The translations under genes were made by a program, and so were the position numbers. Below the pieces are notes generated by a model. It was not told the origin of the DNA. It did not search any database and was given only the letters and a program-made list of their open reading frames with translations. This document shows, in pieces, positions 37,964-47,998 of a DNA stretch of 64,000 nt. Within the stretch, counting starts at the first letter, position 1; every line of letters starts with the position of its first letter. The DNA is taken from contig CBDBEV010000001.1 of the NCBI GenBank assembly GCA_965204535.1, positions 704,001 through 768,000 of the forward strand, read 5' to 3'. The stretch is from a bacterium (GTDB taxonomy: Bacteria; UBA8248).

Positions 37964-39908
37964 TGGTTTTCACCGGATTGGCAGCTAAGATTTCGTTATG
38001 CTCCGAACTGATGACAGAGACTTCGGAAGTTTCTTCCTTGTGTCTGAAAACAGACAGCAACCGGTGGACGAGGTCAGCCAGTCCCCCCGGCAAGAACATC
38101 ATGAACGCGACCAGAAGCAACCCGAAGATCAGGATTCTATACTCCGCAAGCCAACGCAGCATTTCCGGAACCCCAAGGACGAAGAACGCGCCGATAACGG
38201 CGCCGGCAAAGCTGCCGAGACCACCGAGCACGATCATCGTAAGGAATGCGATCGACTGCAGGATCGTGAAGGAATCCGGACTGATATAGGAGAAGAAGTG
38301 CGCATACAGAGAACCTGCAACCCCGGCGCAACCGGCGCCGATACAGAAGGAGAGTGTCCGGTACCAGGCGACATTCACTCCCATGGCGACCGCAGCCAGC
38401 TCGTTCTCGCGTGCTGCGATCAAGCCACGGCCGTAACGTGACCCTATCAGACGCTGTAGCCCCACGAAGACGATTACCAGGACGGCTATTGTCAAAAAAT
38501 AAAAGGGTGCGCCTTCCTCGAACACAAAGGAACCGATGGACGGTTTTCGAATGCCGCTGATGCCCGACATCCCGTTTGTAACTTCCTTCCAGTTGATGAA
38601 CGTGAGATGCATAATTTCGCCGAAGCCCAGGGTTGCGATGGCGCAGAAATGGGTCGGCAGCCTCAAAATCGGCCCGAACAGCAATCCGAATACCCCGGCG
38701 ACAATCGCCGCCGCAATGATCCCAAGCAGGAATGGAACGCTAAAATATACGGTCATGATCGCCGAAGTGTAGGCACCGATTCCCAGAAACGCCGCATGAC
38801 CGACGATGATGGCGCCGGCGTATCCGATTACGAGTTGGAGTCCGAGGGCGCCCGTGGCGTAGATCAGGATGAGCGTGACGAGGTAGATCTCATAGGTATC
38901 GAGGAGCGACGGCAGCAGCAAGGCCATGACGCCGAGTGCGGCGATCATGCCGTACCTGAGATGGACGGTCTGCTTTTCGTTCAGCTCAAACAAGTCCGCT
39001 ATCGTTTGCCGTCTGTACCTGAACACCAGGCTCCCGCCGCGCGGCATTCGAGGGATCGCTACGAGCATCAGCACGATGATGGTGATGCCAAAGGCAATCC
39101 CGTTCTTGTAAGCGGATGAAATGTAACCCGCAGCGAAAGTTTCCATCAGGCCCAGAATGGGACCTCCAATCATCGTACCGAGTATATGAAACTGTCCAAG
39201 CGCCGCACCGGCGAATGCCCGGGGTCCCTGCAGCCAAAGTTCCTGCGCGACAAAAAACAATGGCGCGATGAGGACGCCGGCGGCGCCTGCCAGCATGGAA
39301 CTGATGCCAAAAGTCATGGTGACGACGCGGTCGAAACTTACACCCATAATTTCCGCTGTATAAGAATCGTATGCCGACGCCCGCCATGCGATGCCGAGAA
39401 GTGTTCGCTGAAAGAAGTAATGCAGGCCGAGCATGGAAAGGATGGCGAGGGCGATAATCCAGATATGCTGAACGCTCATCGGCAGACCGGCCACGACAAG
39501 GTGGCCGACTTGACCAACGGATACCGGGTAACGCAGCGGCGCAGCCCCCCAAATCAGCTGTGAGACCAGCCGAAGGCATATCCCGGTACCGACCGTTGCG
39601 ATGATTAAATTCAAGAGCGGCGATTGCCGAAGTCGAATCGGGCGCAGGGCTACCCGCTCGATCAGCATGCCAAGGATGCCCGTCAGGATGCTCGCTATAA
39701 TGAATACGGCCAAATACGGCAGCGGTGTCGCCACCAGGAGGGTATAACCGATGAAAGCGCCCGACATCACCAGTTCGCCCTGTGCGAAGTTGACGAGCTC
39801 GGTGGCCCGCAACATCATCGTGAAGCCAAGAGCAATCAGGGCGTAAACGCAGCCGACCGCCAGCCCGCCGACAACCTGCTGCGTGACGATATGTAAATCT
39901 ATCCCCAT
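37950..39908 (-). CDS. Fused LivH-LivM-like ABC permease
   Basis: LivH part YALIALGF..VNFAQG; LivM part GHAAFLGIGAY, IATLGFGEI, LGGLGS; start reassigned to ATG 39908. Confidence 0.88.
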   Translation of the reverse strand: MGIDLHIVTQQVVGGLAVGCVYALIALGFTMMLRATELVNFAQGELVMSGAFIGYTLLVATPLPYLAVFIIASILTGILGMLIERVALRPIRLRQSPLLNLIIATVGTGICLRLVSQLIWGAAPLRYPVSVGQVGHLVVAGLPMSVQHIWIIALAILSMLGLHYFFQRTLLGIAWRASAYDSYTAEIMGVSFDRVVTMTFGISSMLAGAAGVLIAPLFFVAQELWLQGPRAFAGAALGQFHILGTMIGGPILGLMETFAAGYISSAYKNGIAFGITIIVLMLVAIPRMPRGGSLVFRYRRQTIADLFELNEKQTVHLRYGMIAALGVMALLLPSLLDTYEIYLVTLILIYATGALGLQLVIGYAGAIIVGHAAFLGIGAYTSAIMTVYFSVPFLLGIIAAAIVAGVFGLLFGPILRLPTHFCAIATLGFGEIMHLTFINWKEVTNGMSGISGIRKPSIGSFVFEEGAPFYFLTIAVLVIVFVGLQRLIGSRYGRGLIAARENELAAVAMGVNVAWYRTLSFCIGAGCAGVAGSLYAHFFSYISPDSFTILQSIAFLTMIVLGGLGSFAGAVIGAFFVLGVPEMLRWLAEYRILIFGLLLVAFMMFLPGGLADLVHRLLSVFRHKEETSEVSVISSEHNEILAANPVKTNVDS

Positions 39909-39974
39909 ACCACCGTTCCGTGTCGTTCGTATCGATCCCGCATGCCCCGGATAACCTTCAATTCCGTGGTGATC

Positions 39975-40270
39975 ATTCCCGAATTTCACTGCCGCAGGGA
40001 TGGAGTCTCCACCGCGGGCATCCGACGGTTTGGTTTCGGTGATCCGGCCGTGTTACGAAGACCATTCGGCCGGTTTTCTCCTCATCCGGACAGCTATTCC
40101 GTTGTTTTGCCTCGCCGCGGATTTCCCCGGCATACGCTGGGGCGGGTTCTCGTAGCAGGTCATGAATCAAGGTAGAGATTTTCTGGAACATATTGCTCGG
40201 CACGGCAACCTCGATCAGTTGGAACGTAACGCATTAAACGTAGTCGAGAATATTCGCGCCGAGATTCAAT
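39975..40270 (-). pseudogene. Degenerate IS1380-family transposase C-terminus and right end
   Basis: Minus frame LGANILDYV*CVTFQLIEVAVPSNMFQKISTLIHDLLREPAPA resembles the IS1380 C-terminus (IGAKVVxHGRYVTFQLAEVAVP..LF..IL.LI..L); internal stop. Confidence 0.65.
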
Positions 40271-40364
40271 TGATGAGGCCACCAACCCTCAAGTCGTCGG
40301 CCCGAAAACCACTCACGGCAGTCCCGTTGCAGGCAACCGGACTGCCGTGAGCTTCAAATAGACG

Positions 40365-41549
40365 CTATCGACCGAGAGAACGCCAGAACTCTCCATCGGG
40401 ATTTTTGCTGTCGACGATTTCCCCGATGATCGGAGCCCAGTCGCCGTCTCCGTTTTTAGCAAAATAGACATTGCCCAGGATGCCGCTGTAGCTGCTTTTG
40501 GCGCTTGTGAGATTGCGCGTAAACGCGCCTATCTGTTTGCTGTCAGGGACGTAGCCGTTGGCCTTGACCGCTTCAAATACAATGCCCACCGCGTCATAGA
40601 ACTCGCCGGCCCAGGGGTCGGGACGTTCATTGAATTTTGCGATGTAGGCCTTCATGAAGGGCGCCAGACGCTTGTCGGCGCTTACGGGGATAAAGGTCGT
40701 GGCGAACACCAATCCCTCTACGTGCTTGCCGCCGAGTTCCACGAACTTCGGATTCCCGCCGATTGTATCGCCACCGAGAAGCTGAACCTTCATGCCGAGT
40801 TCTTTCACCTGGCGGGCAATGATGGCCTGCTCCTGGAATCCCGTCGCCATGATGACCGCATCCGCGCCCGCGGCCTTGATGCGGCCGAGTTGGCCCGTGA
40901 AGTCCTTGTCGCCACGCGCATATTCCTCTTTCGCCGCGGGCTTGAGCCCAAGCGTTTTCAATACGGCGACGGTGCTGGCGGAGAAGGATTTTCCGACCTC
41001 CTCATTGGACGAGAGGATGGCGATCTTTTTCAGACCAAGATTCTTAACGGCGTAATTGACTGTTGCGATATTCAAGCCCTTGGTCGGGATAGCAACCCGG
41101 AAGATCCACTTGGAACCCTGCTGGGTGATAGGCCCCGCAACACTCGTTGTATATTGCGGAATTTTCGCCGCTGCGGTGATCGGAACGATGGCGAGCGTAC
41201 AAGTGCTTTGCCATGCTCCGAGGAGCGCATGAACTTTGTCGCGCGTGATGAGCTTGCGTGCAGCCGATACCGAGACGTCACATTTGGATTCATCATCCTC
41301 GGCGATGATCTCGATCTTGACCTTGTCCTGCATCTTGTTCAGTTCTTCGGCCTTCAGCTGGGCCCCCTTGAGCTGGAATTGACCACCGAACGCAAGATCG
41401 CCGGTAAGAGGACCGAGCACGCCCAGCCGCAATACTTTCGCCGCCTCGGCATGACCGCCGAAGGGCGCGACGACTATGGTTGCCAGAGTGAATGCAAGAA
41501 CTGTTGCGGAAATTTGAAACCGACGCCTGATAGAGATTGTGTAGCGCAT
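40365..41549 (-). CDS. LivK-like ABC substrate-binding protein
   Basis: Signal peptide, GVLGPLTG, AEDDESK, WIFRV, DFTGQLGRIKAAGAD. Confidence 0.92.
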   Translation of the reverse strand: MRYTISIRRRFQISATVLAFTLATIVVAPFGGHAEAAKVLRLGVLGPLTGDLAFGGQFQLKGAQLKAEELNKMQDKVKIEIIAEDDESKCDVSVSAARKLITRDKVHALLGAWQSTCTLAIVPITAAAKIPQYTTSVAGPITQQGSKWIFRVAIPTKGLNIATVNYAVKNLGLKKIAILSSNEEVGKSFSASTVAVLKTLGLKPAAKEEYARGDKDFTGQLGRIKAAGADAVIMATGFQEQAIIARQVKELGMKVQLLGGDTIGGNPKFVELGGKHVEGLVFATTFIPVSADKRLAPFMKAYIAKFNERPDPWAGEFYDAVGIVFEAVKANGYVPDSKQIGAFTRNLTSAKSSYSGILGNVYFAKNGDGDWAPIIGEIVDSKNPDGEFWRSLGR

Positions 41550-42241
41550 CTTGAACCTCCTTTTAAAAAGAGATTGACTAGCGCGTATAAAACCTCCGTA
41601 TTTCTATATGATGGCGTGAATGATTTGATGGCAGTTATTATCTTTAATGTATCAGATGAGCATGCAGGTGTCTACGAGTAAAATCCGGGCGCATTTCACC
41701 GTCCTGGGTCAGGTTTTCGGCACAGACCAGTCTGATAGCAGGCCGCAACGGGTATCCACGTTCTCGGGCGATCCGGTCTTCCCACGGTTCTGCCTCCTCG
41801 ATTCGTGATCCGTCATCGAAGCGAGGGGGCTGTGGCTCGATAATAAGGACTAGCATGATGGCAATACAGGAATTCTTTATGTATCGTCACGGCATCGACT
41901 TACCGAGGGAGAAGATTGAATCCGTGGTAGGTGTTAGCCAAGAGAGATAGTTCTTTAAAGAGGCTCGCGAGCCGCCCCTGCGACGGCTTCCCTGCTTTCG
42001 TGGGTGAGCCGCAATCCTCTCTTAATCGGAGGAGCAATCCCTCCCTCCCCGGTCGGAATAATCCCTCATTCTTCAATCGGGATTGACCCCCAACACCCCT
42101 TCCGCAATCTCTCTCCGCGCCCGCCCCTCCCCACGCCCCTCCCTCGTCACTCTCGGTGCGGTTCGGGTTTTGACGAAGCCTTCCTCGGTCGTCATACTGC
42201 CGCCGGGAATGTTTTTTTCGTCTTGTCGCGGGGGATTTTTC

Positions 42242-43024
42242 ATGATCATGCGAGGTTCGAGCCGCCCGCGGCGGTTTTTCGCCGCCGCCGTTCTCCTGAC
42301 GCTTTTCCTGACGGCCGGCACGGCGCGCCGGGCCGCGAACGCGGCCGAGGGGGGATACGCCGGAATCGCGGTCGAACATTCGAGCGTCCGGGTGGATTAC
42401 GGCAAGTCCGTCGGCATCGACTTGCCGCCGGCCTCCTACAGGGAAGCGGAAGACGACGCGCGCGACGCGATACACTCCCTCCGGGCGTTCGCGGGATACC
42501 GCCGCATGCTGCCCGGTCGATTCTATCTTTCGGGCGAGGTCGAGGCCGCGCTCCACCCCGAGGGGGGTGTATCGGGTTTTCTGGAGAGGGGAACCGGGAC
42601 GGAAGACCGCGACGTCTGGCCCGGGGCGTGGACCTTCGAGAAGCGCAGCGACTTCGGTTTCAACGTCAGGGCGGGTTACGCGCCTGAGTCCCTGGATTTT
42701 CTGGGCGCGGGCCGCTCGCTCTATCTGCTCGCCGGAATGCGTCGGCTCGACGCGCGGGTCGAGGCGGGGCACGACAACGGAAGGGGGATATCGGGCGTCA
42801 GGCGCGAGGACGTCACCGCGACCCCGTGGCTGATCGGGGCCGGGGTGGAGTTCGGGGGCGCGCGGGGCCGGTTCGACTTGCGGGTGAGTTACGCGCGCTA
42901 CGATTTCGACTTCGTCGGCGGGGGGGACGGCTCGGCTTTGGACAGACCGAGGCTCCGCTACGAGTTCGACGCCTCGGAATGGAGCGTTTCCCTGGGTTAC
43001 GTCTGGTCGTTTTCGATCGAATAA
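42242..43024 (+). CDS. Outer-membrane beta-barrel protein (8-stranded OMP-like)
   Basis: Signal peptide ending AANA-A, GGYAG, FAGYR, GAGVEF, C-terminal SVSLGYVWSF; start uncertain (42242 or 42248). Confidence 0.75.
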   Translation: MIMRGSSRPRRFFAAAVLLTLFLTAGTARRAANAAEGGYAGIAVEHSSVRVDYGKSVGIDLPPASYREAEDDARDAIHSLRAFAGYRRMLPGRFYLSGEVEAALHPEGGVSGFLERGTGTEDRDVWPGAWTFEKRSDFGFNVRAGYAPESLDFLGAGRSLYLLAGMRRLDARVEAGHDNGRGISGVRREDVTATPWLIGAGVEFGGARGRFDLRVSYARYDFDFVGGGDGSALDRPRLRYEFDASEWSVSLGYVWSFSIE

Positions 43025-43059
43025 CAGCCCACCGGCCCGCACACGGCGGACCGCTCCTC

Positions 43060-44013
43060 TCACGCCGCATCCTCACCTCCCAATACTCTCGGATAGGGCT
43101 CGAAAATCGTCTGCGTCTCCAGGTATTCCGAACCGAAGCGCGTCGTCCATTCTTTGAGGGTTTCAATCGGCGCATCCAGCGGGATTTTCCCCGCGCGGTA
43201 TTCTTCCAGCGAATCGAGAAATCGCTTCTTTTCTTCTCCGCTGATTTTCTCAGATAGATGCCCCAAGGCGTGGGTGAGGGCGTTCACGCATGAAGCGTGC
43301 GAGGGCGTACGGGCGAGGAGCCGCAGGAGCGCGTCTTCGTATCGGGCGGCGGCCTCGCCGAACGCATGTTTTTCGTGATTCGCCGCGATTCGGCCCATCT
43401 CGCGCATTCTCGATTGGTCGTAGGCCATGAACAGGAGCTTGTTCTCCGCGTGGTAGCGGACGAGGTGGTCCGTATTCCCTTGCTTTTTGACTTCGCGGAA
43501 GGCGGCGAGCGCGAAAATTTTCGTGAGAAAACGCCCGCGAGCGTCCGGTTCGTTCAGACCGGCCTCGTCTACGAAAGCGCGCGCGCCGAATCTCTCCAGC
43601 GCGGCCCCTGCGAACAAGCCCGTCCCCAGAGCGGTATGGTTCGCGGAAGCAGCTGTGGGAAATATCTTCGCGTCGTCAATCGCGCAGGACGGGGATTTCG
43701 CCTTGAGAATGAAGCCGTCGACCTCTTCGAGACCCGCGAGATAGCGCTTCGAAAAGCCGTTCATCGCCCCCGTCAGGTCTTTCTTCGTGGCGGGCTGGTA
43801 GAGGGCCTTCTTTTCGCCTTGCAAATGGATTCGTATCGGGTCCCTTGGCGTGCCGAGGCCGATCTCCACCTCGGGGCAGACGGGGCGGAAGCGGGCGTGC
43901 GGCTTGAGCCGTTCGATGAAAGATGAGGAGATGCGCTCGCCGTTGTAGCGGCAGGCCTCGAATTCGAGGCACTTGCTCACGACGACGACGGGTTTTGGAA
44001 ATGCGCGGCTCAT
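43060..44013 (-). CDS. DUF523 (2-thiouracil desulfurase-like) + DUF1722 protein (YbgA-like)
   Basis: SKCL..EACRYNG, VCPEVEIGLGTPR, ILKAKSPSC, YHAENKLLFMA, YLETQTIFEPYP. Confidence 0.9.
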   Translation of the reverse strand: MSRAFPKPVVVVSKCLEFEACRYNGERISSSFIERLKPHARFRPVCPEVEIGLGTPRDPIRIHLQGEKKALYQPATKKDLTGAMNGFSKRYLAGLEEVDGFILKAKSPSCAIDDAKIFPTAASANHTALGTGLFAGAALERFGARAFVDEAGLNEPDARGRFLTKIFALAAFREVKKQGNTDHLVRYHAENKLLFMAYDQSRMREMGRIAANHEKHAFGEAAARYEDALLRLLARTPSHASCVNALTHALGHLSEKISGEEKKRFLDSLEEYRAGKIPLDAPIETLKEWTTRFGSEYLETQTIFEPYPRVLGGEDAA

Positions 44014-44083
44014 CGCTCCTCTCCCCGTTCGATGGGCTGGGCGGCGATGCGCATCGTGAAATCCGGGCGGCTAGTAAGCGCGC

Positions 44084-45865
44084 CTATTCGTAGTCATAAA
44101 AACCCTTGCCCGTCTTTCTCCCGAGCCACCCCGCCGAGGTCATCCGGCGCAGGATGGGCGGCGCGTAGAACCTCGCCTCGCCCAGCTCTTCGGCCATCGA
44201 ATCGGCGACGAATGTCTGCACGTCGATTCCCACCAGGTCGATGAGCGTGAGCGGCCCCATCGGGTGGCCGAGGCCCATGCTGATGGCCTTGTCCATGCTC
44301 TCCCTGTCCGCGAGGCCTTCGTCATACGCATGCGCGGCGTGGTTGAGGTAGGGCACGAGCAGGCGGTTCACCAGGAATCCCGGCCTGTCCTTCACGGGAA
44401 TCGGCGTCTTGCCGATGCGGTGGCAGAACGCGATTCCGAACTCGGTAATCTCGGGCGCCGTCTGGACGGCCTCGATCACCTCGACGAGCCGCATCGCGTA
44501 GGGCGGGTTGAAGAAGTGAAGGCCCACTACGCGCTCGGGGGCTTTCGTCTTCGCCGCCATGGCGGTCACCGAGAGGCACGAGGTGTTCGACGCGATGACA
44601 GCGCCTTCTTTCGCGATCTCTCCCAGCTTTTCGAAGAGTTCGAGCTTGGCGCCCAAGTTCTCCACGATCACCTCGATGATGAGGTCGCAGTCCGCAAGCT
44701 CTCCCAGATCGGTCGAACCGCCGAGGCGCGTGAGCGTCGCCTCTTTCCGGGCTTCGTCCATCTTGCCGCGCTTGACCGCGCCGTCCAGGTTCCGGCGGAT
44801 GCGGGTGAGGCCCGCTTCGAGAGCCTCCGCGTTCACCTCAACCCCGGTTACTTCCAGCCCTGCGGTGATGCAGACCTGCGCGATGCCCGACCCCATGGCG
44901 CCGAGACCGATGACGCCCACTTTCTTCACCGCGTCCGCGATGGGCTGTCCCCGGGAGAGGTCGCGCTCGTTCGCGGAGTCTTCTTCGGGTTCCGCGACGC
45001 CGAATAGTCCTGCGGACTTGTAAGTATAAAACCCTCGTCCCGTTTTCGCGCCCAGATGGCCTGCGTCGATCATGCGGTCCACCAGCGGCGGGGGGATGTA
45101 GTGCGGGTCTTTCAGTTGTTCGTACATCGAGAGCGAGACCGTGCGGTGGATGTCGAGCCCCTCGATGTCGAGCAGGCGCATGGGGCCCATCCTGTAGCCC
45201 AGGCCGAGCCGCACGCCTGCGTCGAGGTCCGCCGGGTTCGTATAGCCCGACTCGATCAAGCGGATGCAGTCGTTCTGGAACGCCACGAGGAAGTAGTTGA
45301 GCACGAATCCCGGCCAGTCCTTGACCGTCACGGGCGTCTGCCCGACTTCTTCCAGAAAGGCGCTCGTCGCGCTTACGGTCTCATCGCTCGTGAGCAGGCC
45401 GGGGACGACTTCCACGAGCTTGTTGAGTGCAGCCGGCAGGCAGAAATGGGTGCCGATGGTCCGGGCCGGCCGCCCCGACGCCGCCCCCATGTGGGAGATA
45501 GAGAGCGTGCTCGTGTTGGACGCGATGATGGCGCTGCCGTCCAGGACGGCGTTCAGGCTGCGGAGCAGCTTGTTCTTCTCCTCGCGGTCTTCCGTGATGG
45601 CCTCGATCACCAACTCGCAATCTTCCAGCCCCGAGAGCGAATCGGCTTGCGTAATCCGGCCCATCATCGCGTCTCTCTCCCCGGGGGTGGTCTTGCCCTT
45701 CTCGACGCCTGCGTCGACGAACGAGCGCACCCGGCCCATGCCGGCCTCCATGGCCTTCACGTTCGCCTCGAATACGACCGTCTCCTTGCCGCCCCGGGCG
45801 CATACGATGGCGATGTTCGAGCCCATCGTTCCCAGACCGACGACGCCTGCCTTTTGCACCTTCAT
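44084..45865 (-). CDS. 3-hydroxyacyl-CoA dehydrogenase composed of two full-length tandem units
   Basis: Two GxGxMG Rossmann motifs, two ASNTS, HFCLP and HFFNP, two GxK(T)GxGFY. Confidence 0.9.
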   Translation of the reverse strand: MKVQKAGVVGLGTMGSNIAIVCARGGKETVVFEANVKAMEAGMGRVRSFVDAGVEKGKTTPGERDAMMGRITQADSLSGLEDCELVIEAITEDREEKNKLLRSLNAVLDGSAIIASNTSTLSISHMGAASGRPARTIGTHFCLPAALNKLVEVVPGLLTSDETVSATSAFLEEVGQTPVTVKDWPGFVLNYFLVAFQNDCIRLIESGYTNPADLDAGVRLGLGYRMGPMRLLDIEGLDIHRTVSLSMYEQLKDPHYIPPPLVDRMIDAGHLGAKTGRGFYTYKSAGLFGVAEPEEDSANERDLSRGQPIADAVKKVGVIGLGAMGSGIAQVCITAGLEVTGVEVNAEALEAGLTRIRRNLDGAVKRGKMDEARKEATLTRLGGSTDLGELADCDLIIEVIVENLGAKLELFEKLGEIAKEGAVIASNTSCLSVTAMAAKTKAPERVVGLHFFNPPYAMRLVEVIEAVQTAPEITEFGIAFCHRIGKTPIPVKDRPGFLVNRLLVPYLNHAAHAYDEGLADRESMDKAISMGLGHPMGPLTLIDLVGIDVQTFVADSMAEELGEARFYAPPILRRMTSAGWLGRKTGKGFYDYE

Positions 45866-46075
45866 GGAATTCTCCCCTCGATTTTCACCGACGAGGCGCG
45901 TTTCCCCGCCCGTATTTTGCCGTTTCAGACCGCATTTTCAGTATGAAAATTCTTCGAAGAGTGGCGCTTGCGCATCTCCAAAGTGTCCGCACGTGGGTCT
46001 CTTTGTAGGCTTCGCGCCGGAATCTTGTCAATCCGTCCTTGCAAGTTCGTCGATGTGATTTATGATTTTCCCATC

Positions 46076-46438
46076 ATGAACATGCCGCGAGAGAAGCTGG
46101 AGCAACTGATTGAAGAAGCCGCGCAAAAAGGCGAGCCGCTCTCGCTGGAGGGGGAAGACCTCTCCTGGGCGGACCTGAGCGGATGCGACCTCACGGACGC
46201 CAATCTGAGAGGGGCGAGCTTGGTGCGCGCGAACCTCGCGGGCGCCGATTTATCAGGCGCGAACATGTGCGAGGTGGATCTCAGGAACGCCGATCTGGAG
46301 GGAGCCATCCTGCGCGATGCGCTCTTGAGCGATGCCGATGTCGCGGGTGCCAGCTTCCGGGAGGCTGACCTCGTCGGCGCCGATATGGAGGGCGTGAACT
46401 TCGATGAGGCGATCATCGAGGACGCGCGGTTTCTTTGA
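46076..46438 (+). CDS. Pentapeptide repeat protein
   Basis: Contiguous A(D/N)Lxx repeats. Confidence 0.88.
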   Translation: MNMPREKLEQLIEEAAQKGEPLSLEGEDLSWADLSGCDLTDANLRGASLVRANLAGADLSGANMCEVDLRNADLEGAILRDALLSDADVAGASFREADLVGADMEGVNFDEAIIEDARFL

Positions 46439-46450
46439 GGCGCGCGCATA

Positions 46451-46668
46451 GAGGTTGTTGAAAAACCTCTCCCCGTTCGGAATTGATTGCTGGAATGACG
46501 ATCAAAAGCACATTCACCCGTAGGGGCGGCCCCCTGTGGCCGCCCGCATCGTATATGTTCATCCCCGTGGCTACGCTTCGCAGGGACAGGCACGGGGGCC
46601 TGTCCCTACGGGCTCCTCGGTCGGCTCCATGCACCGAATCACGGGATCAGGGCTTTTTCAAAAATCCC
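46451..46668. mobile_element. MITE-like element with IS-like ends containing GTAG-type REP hairpins
   Basis: GAGGTTGTTGAAAAA ... TTTTTCAAAAATCCC; GTAGGGGCGGCCCCCTGTGGCCGCCC and GGGACAGGCACGGGGGCCTGTCCCTAC. Confidence 0.7.
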
Positions 46669-46670
46669 GC

Positions 46671-47849
46671 CTACTCCTCCCCGCGCAAGATGATAGAAAC
46701 CATCTCCCGCAGGCCGACCGCCTCCACCTCCTTCGAGACGGGGTAGCGCTCCTCGCCCGGATGGACGAGGAAGGCGCGCTCGGGCCGTACGTCCTCGCGC
46801 GCGTGATGAAAGCCCTTGCCGAGCCTTGCGGAGAGCCCGCGCTTGATCTCGATCGCCCAAGGACCCCGCTTCCCCGGGATCTCCAGCAGCAAGTCGATCT
46901 CGGCGCCCGCCTGCGTGCGGTAGAAACTCGCCATGGTGCGCGGCGGAGCGACGGCGAGCAGGTTCTCGATGACGAACCCCTCCCAGCTCGCGCCCACGAC
47001 CGGGTGGCCCGCGAGCGCGTCGTGGTCCGCCAGACCCAGCAGGGCGTGGAGGAGGCCGCTGTCGCGCACGTAGACCTTGGGGGATTTCACCAGGCGCTTT
47101 TTCACGTTCGCGTGGAACGGGCGCAGGCGGCGCACGAGAAGCAGGTCGACGAGCAGGTCGATGTAGCTGCTCACCGTCGGCGCGCTGAGCGCAAGGCCCG
47201 CGGCCGGCTTCGAGGCGTTGAGCGGCCCGCCCTGGTTGTGGGCCAGCATGGTCCAGAGCCGCTCCAGCGTCTCCGCCGGGATGCGCCGGCCGAACTGCGC
47301 CACGTCGCGCTCCAGATAGGAGCGGATGAAGTTTTGCCTGAAGGTCATGCTGTCGGCGTCGTCCTCGGCCAAAAAGCTGTCCGGGAAGCCCCCGCGCACC
47401 CACAGCGTCGTCATGGCCCGCGCGTCGGGCGCGGCCTCTCCCACGTCGAGCGGGTTCAGGTTGACGTATTCGATTCGCCCGGCGAGGCTCTCCCCCGACT
47501 GGCGGAGCAGGTCCAGCGACGCCGACCCCAGTATCAGAAATCGTCCCGTTCGTTTTCCCTGTCTGCGGCCCCGGTCGATCAGTCCGCGCAACTCCTGAAA
47601 CAATTCCGGGACGCGGTGAATCTCGTCGAGTATGACGAGGCGGTCTTCGTACTCGCCGAGATAGAGCGCGGGATCGGCGAGCTTGACGCGGTCTGCGTGG
47701 GACTCCAGGTCGAGATAGATCGCCTCCGATCCCTCCGCGACCTTGAGGGCCAAAGTCGTCTTGCCGACCTGGCGGGCGCCGAGCAGGACCACGGCGGCCT
47801 GGCGGTCAAGCGCGTTCAGCACGTTTTGGTATGAGCGTCGATATATCAT
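46671..47849 (-). CDS. AAA_14 ATPase + wHTH + DUF4143 (PD-(D/E)xK-like) protein
   Basis: GARQVGKTT, VILDEIH, FLILGSA, ESLAGR, RGGFP, KSPKVYVRDSG, AEIDLLLE..AIEIK. Confidence 0.92.
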   Translation of the reverse strand: MIYRRSYQNVLNALDRQAAVVLLGARQVGKTTLALKVAEGSEAIYLDLESHADRVKLADPALYLGEYEDRLVILDEIHRVPELFQELRGLIDRGRRQGKRTGRFLILGSASLDLLRQSGESLAGRIEYVNLNPLDVGEAAPDARAMTTLWVRGGFPDSFLAEDDADSMTFRQNFIRSYLERDVAQFGRRIPAETLERLWTMLAHNQGGPLNASKPAAGLALSAPTVSSYIDLLVDLLLVRRLRPFHANVKKRLVKSPKVYVRDSGLLHALLGLADHDALAGHPVVGASWEGFVIENLLAVAPPRTMASFYRTQAGAEIDLLLEIPGKRGPWAIEIKRGLSARLGKGFHHAREDVRPERAFLVHPGEERYPVSKEVEAVGLREMVSIILRGEE

Positions 47850-47850
47850 T

Positions 47851-47938
47851 CTCGTAAATTAAAATAAATATTTTTAATTTGCAAGGAAAATTTTATATTA
47901 TTATTGTAAATTAAAAGTTTAACTTTTGATTTACTAGG
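47851..47938. promoter_or_regulatory. Two 36-bp imperfect palindromes directly upstream of the ATPase (third copy at 48389-48424)
   Basis: CTCGTAAATTAAAATAAATATTTTTAATTTGCAAGG and ATTGTAAATTAAAAGTTTAACTTTTGATTTACTAGG. Confidence 0.6.
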
Positions 47939-47998
47939 ATACTGGAAGTTGCGCAGGGCCAGATAGCACCAAATGGAAGCCCGAAATCCGCCTGAACA

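Noticed and set aside
42005-42120. Recurrent (GC)AATCCCTC-like motifs resembling decayed CRISPR repeats or a riboswitch
   Set aside because: Short, irregular, pyrimidine-rich matches with no consistent repeat length or recognisable fold
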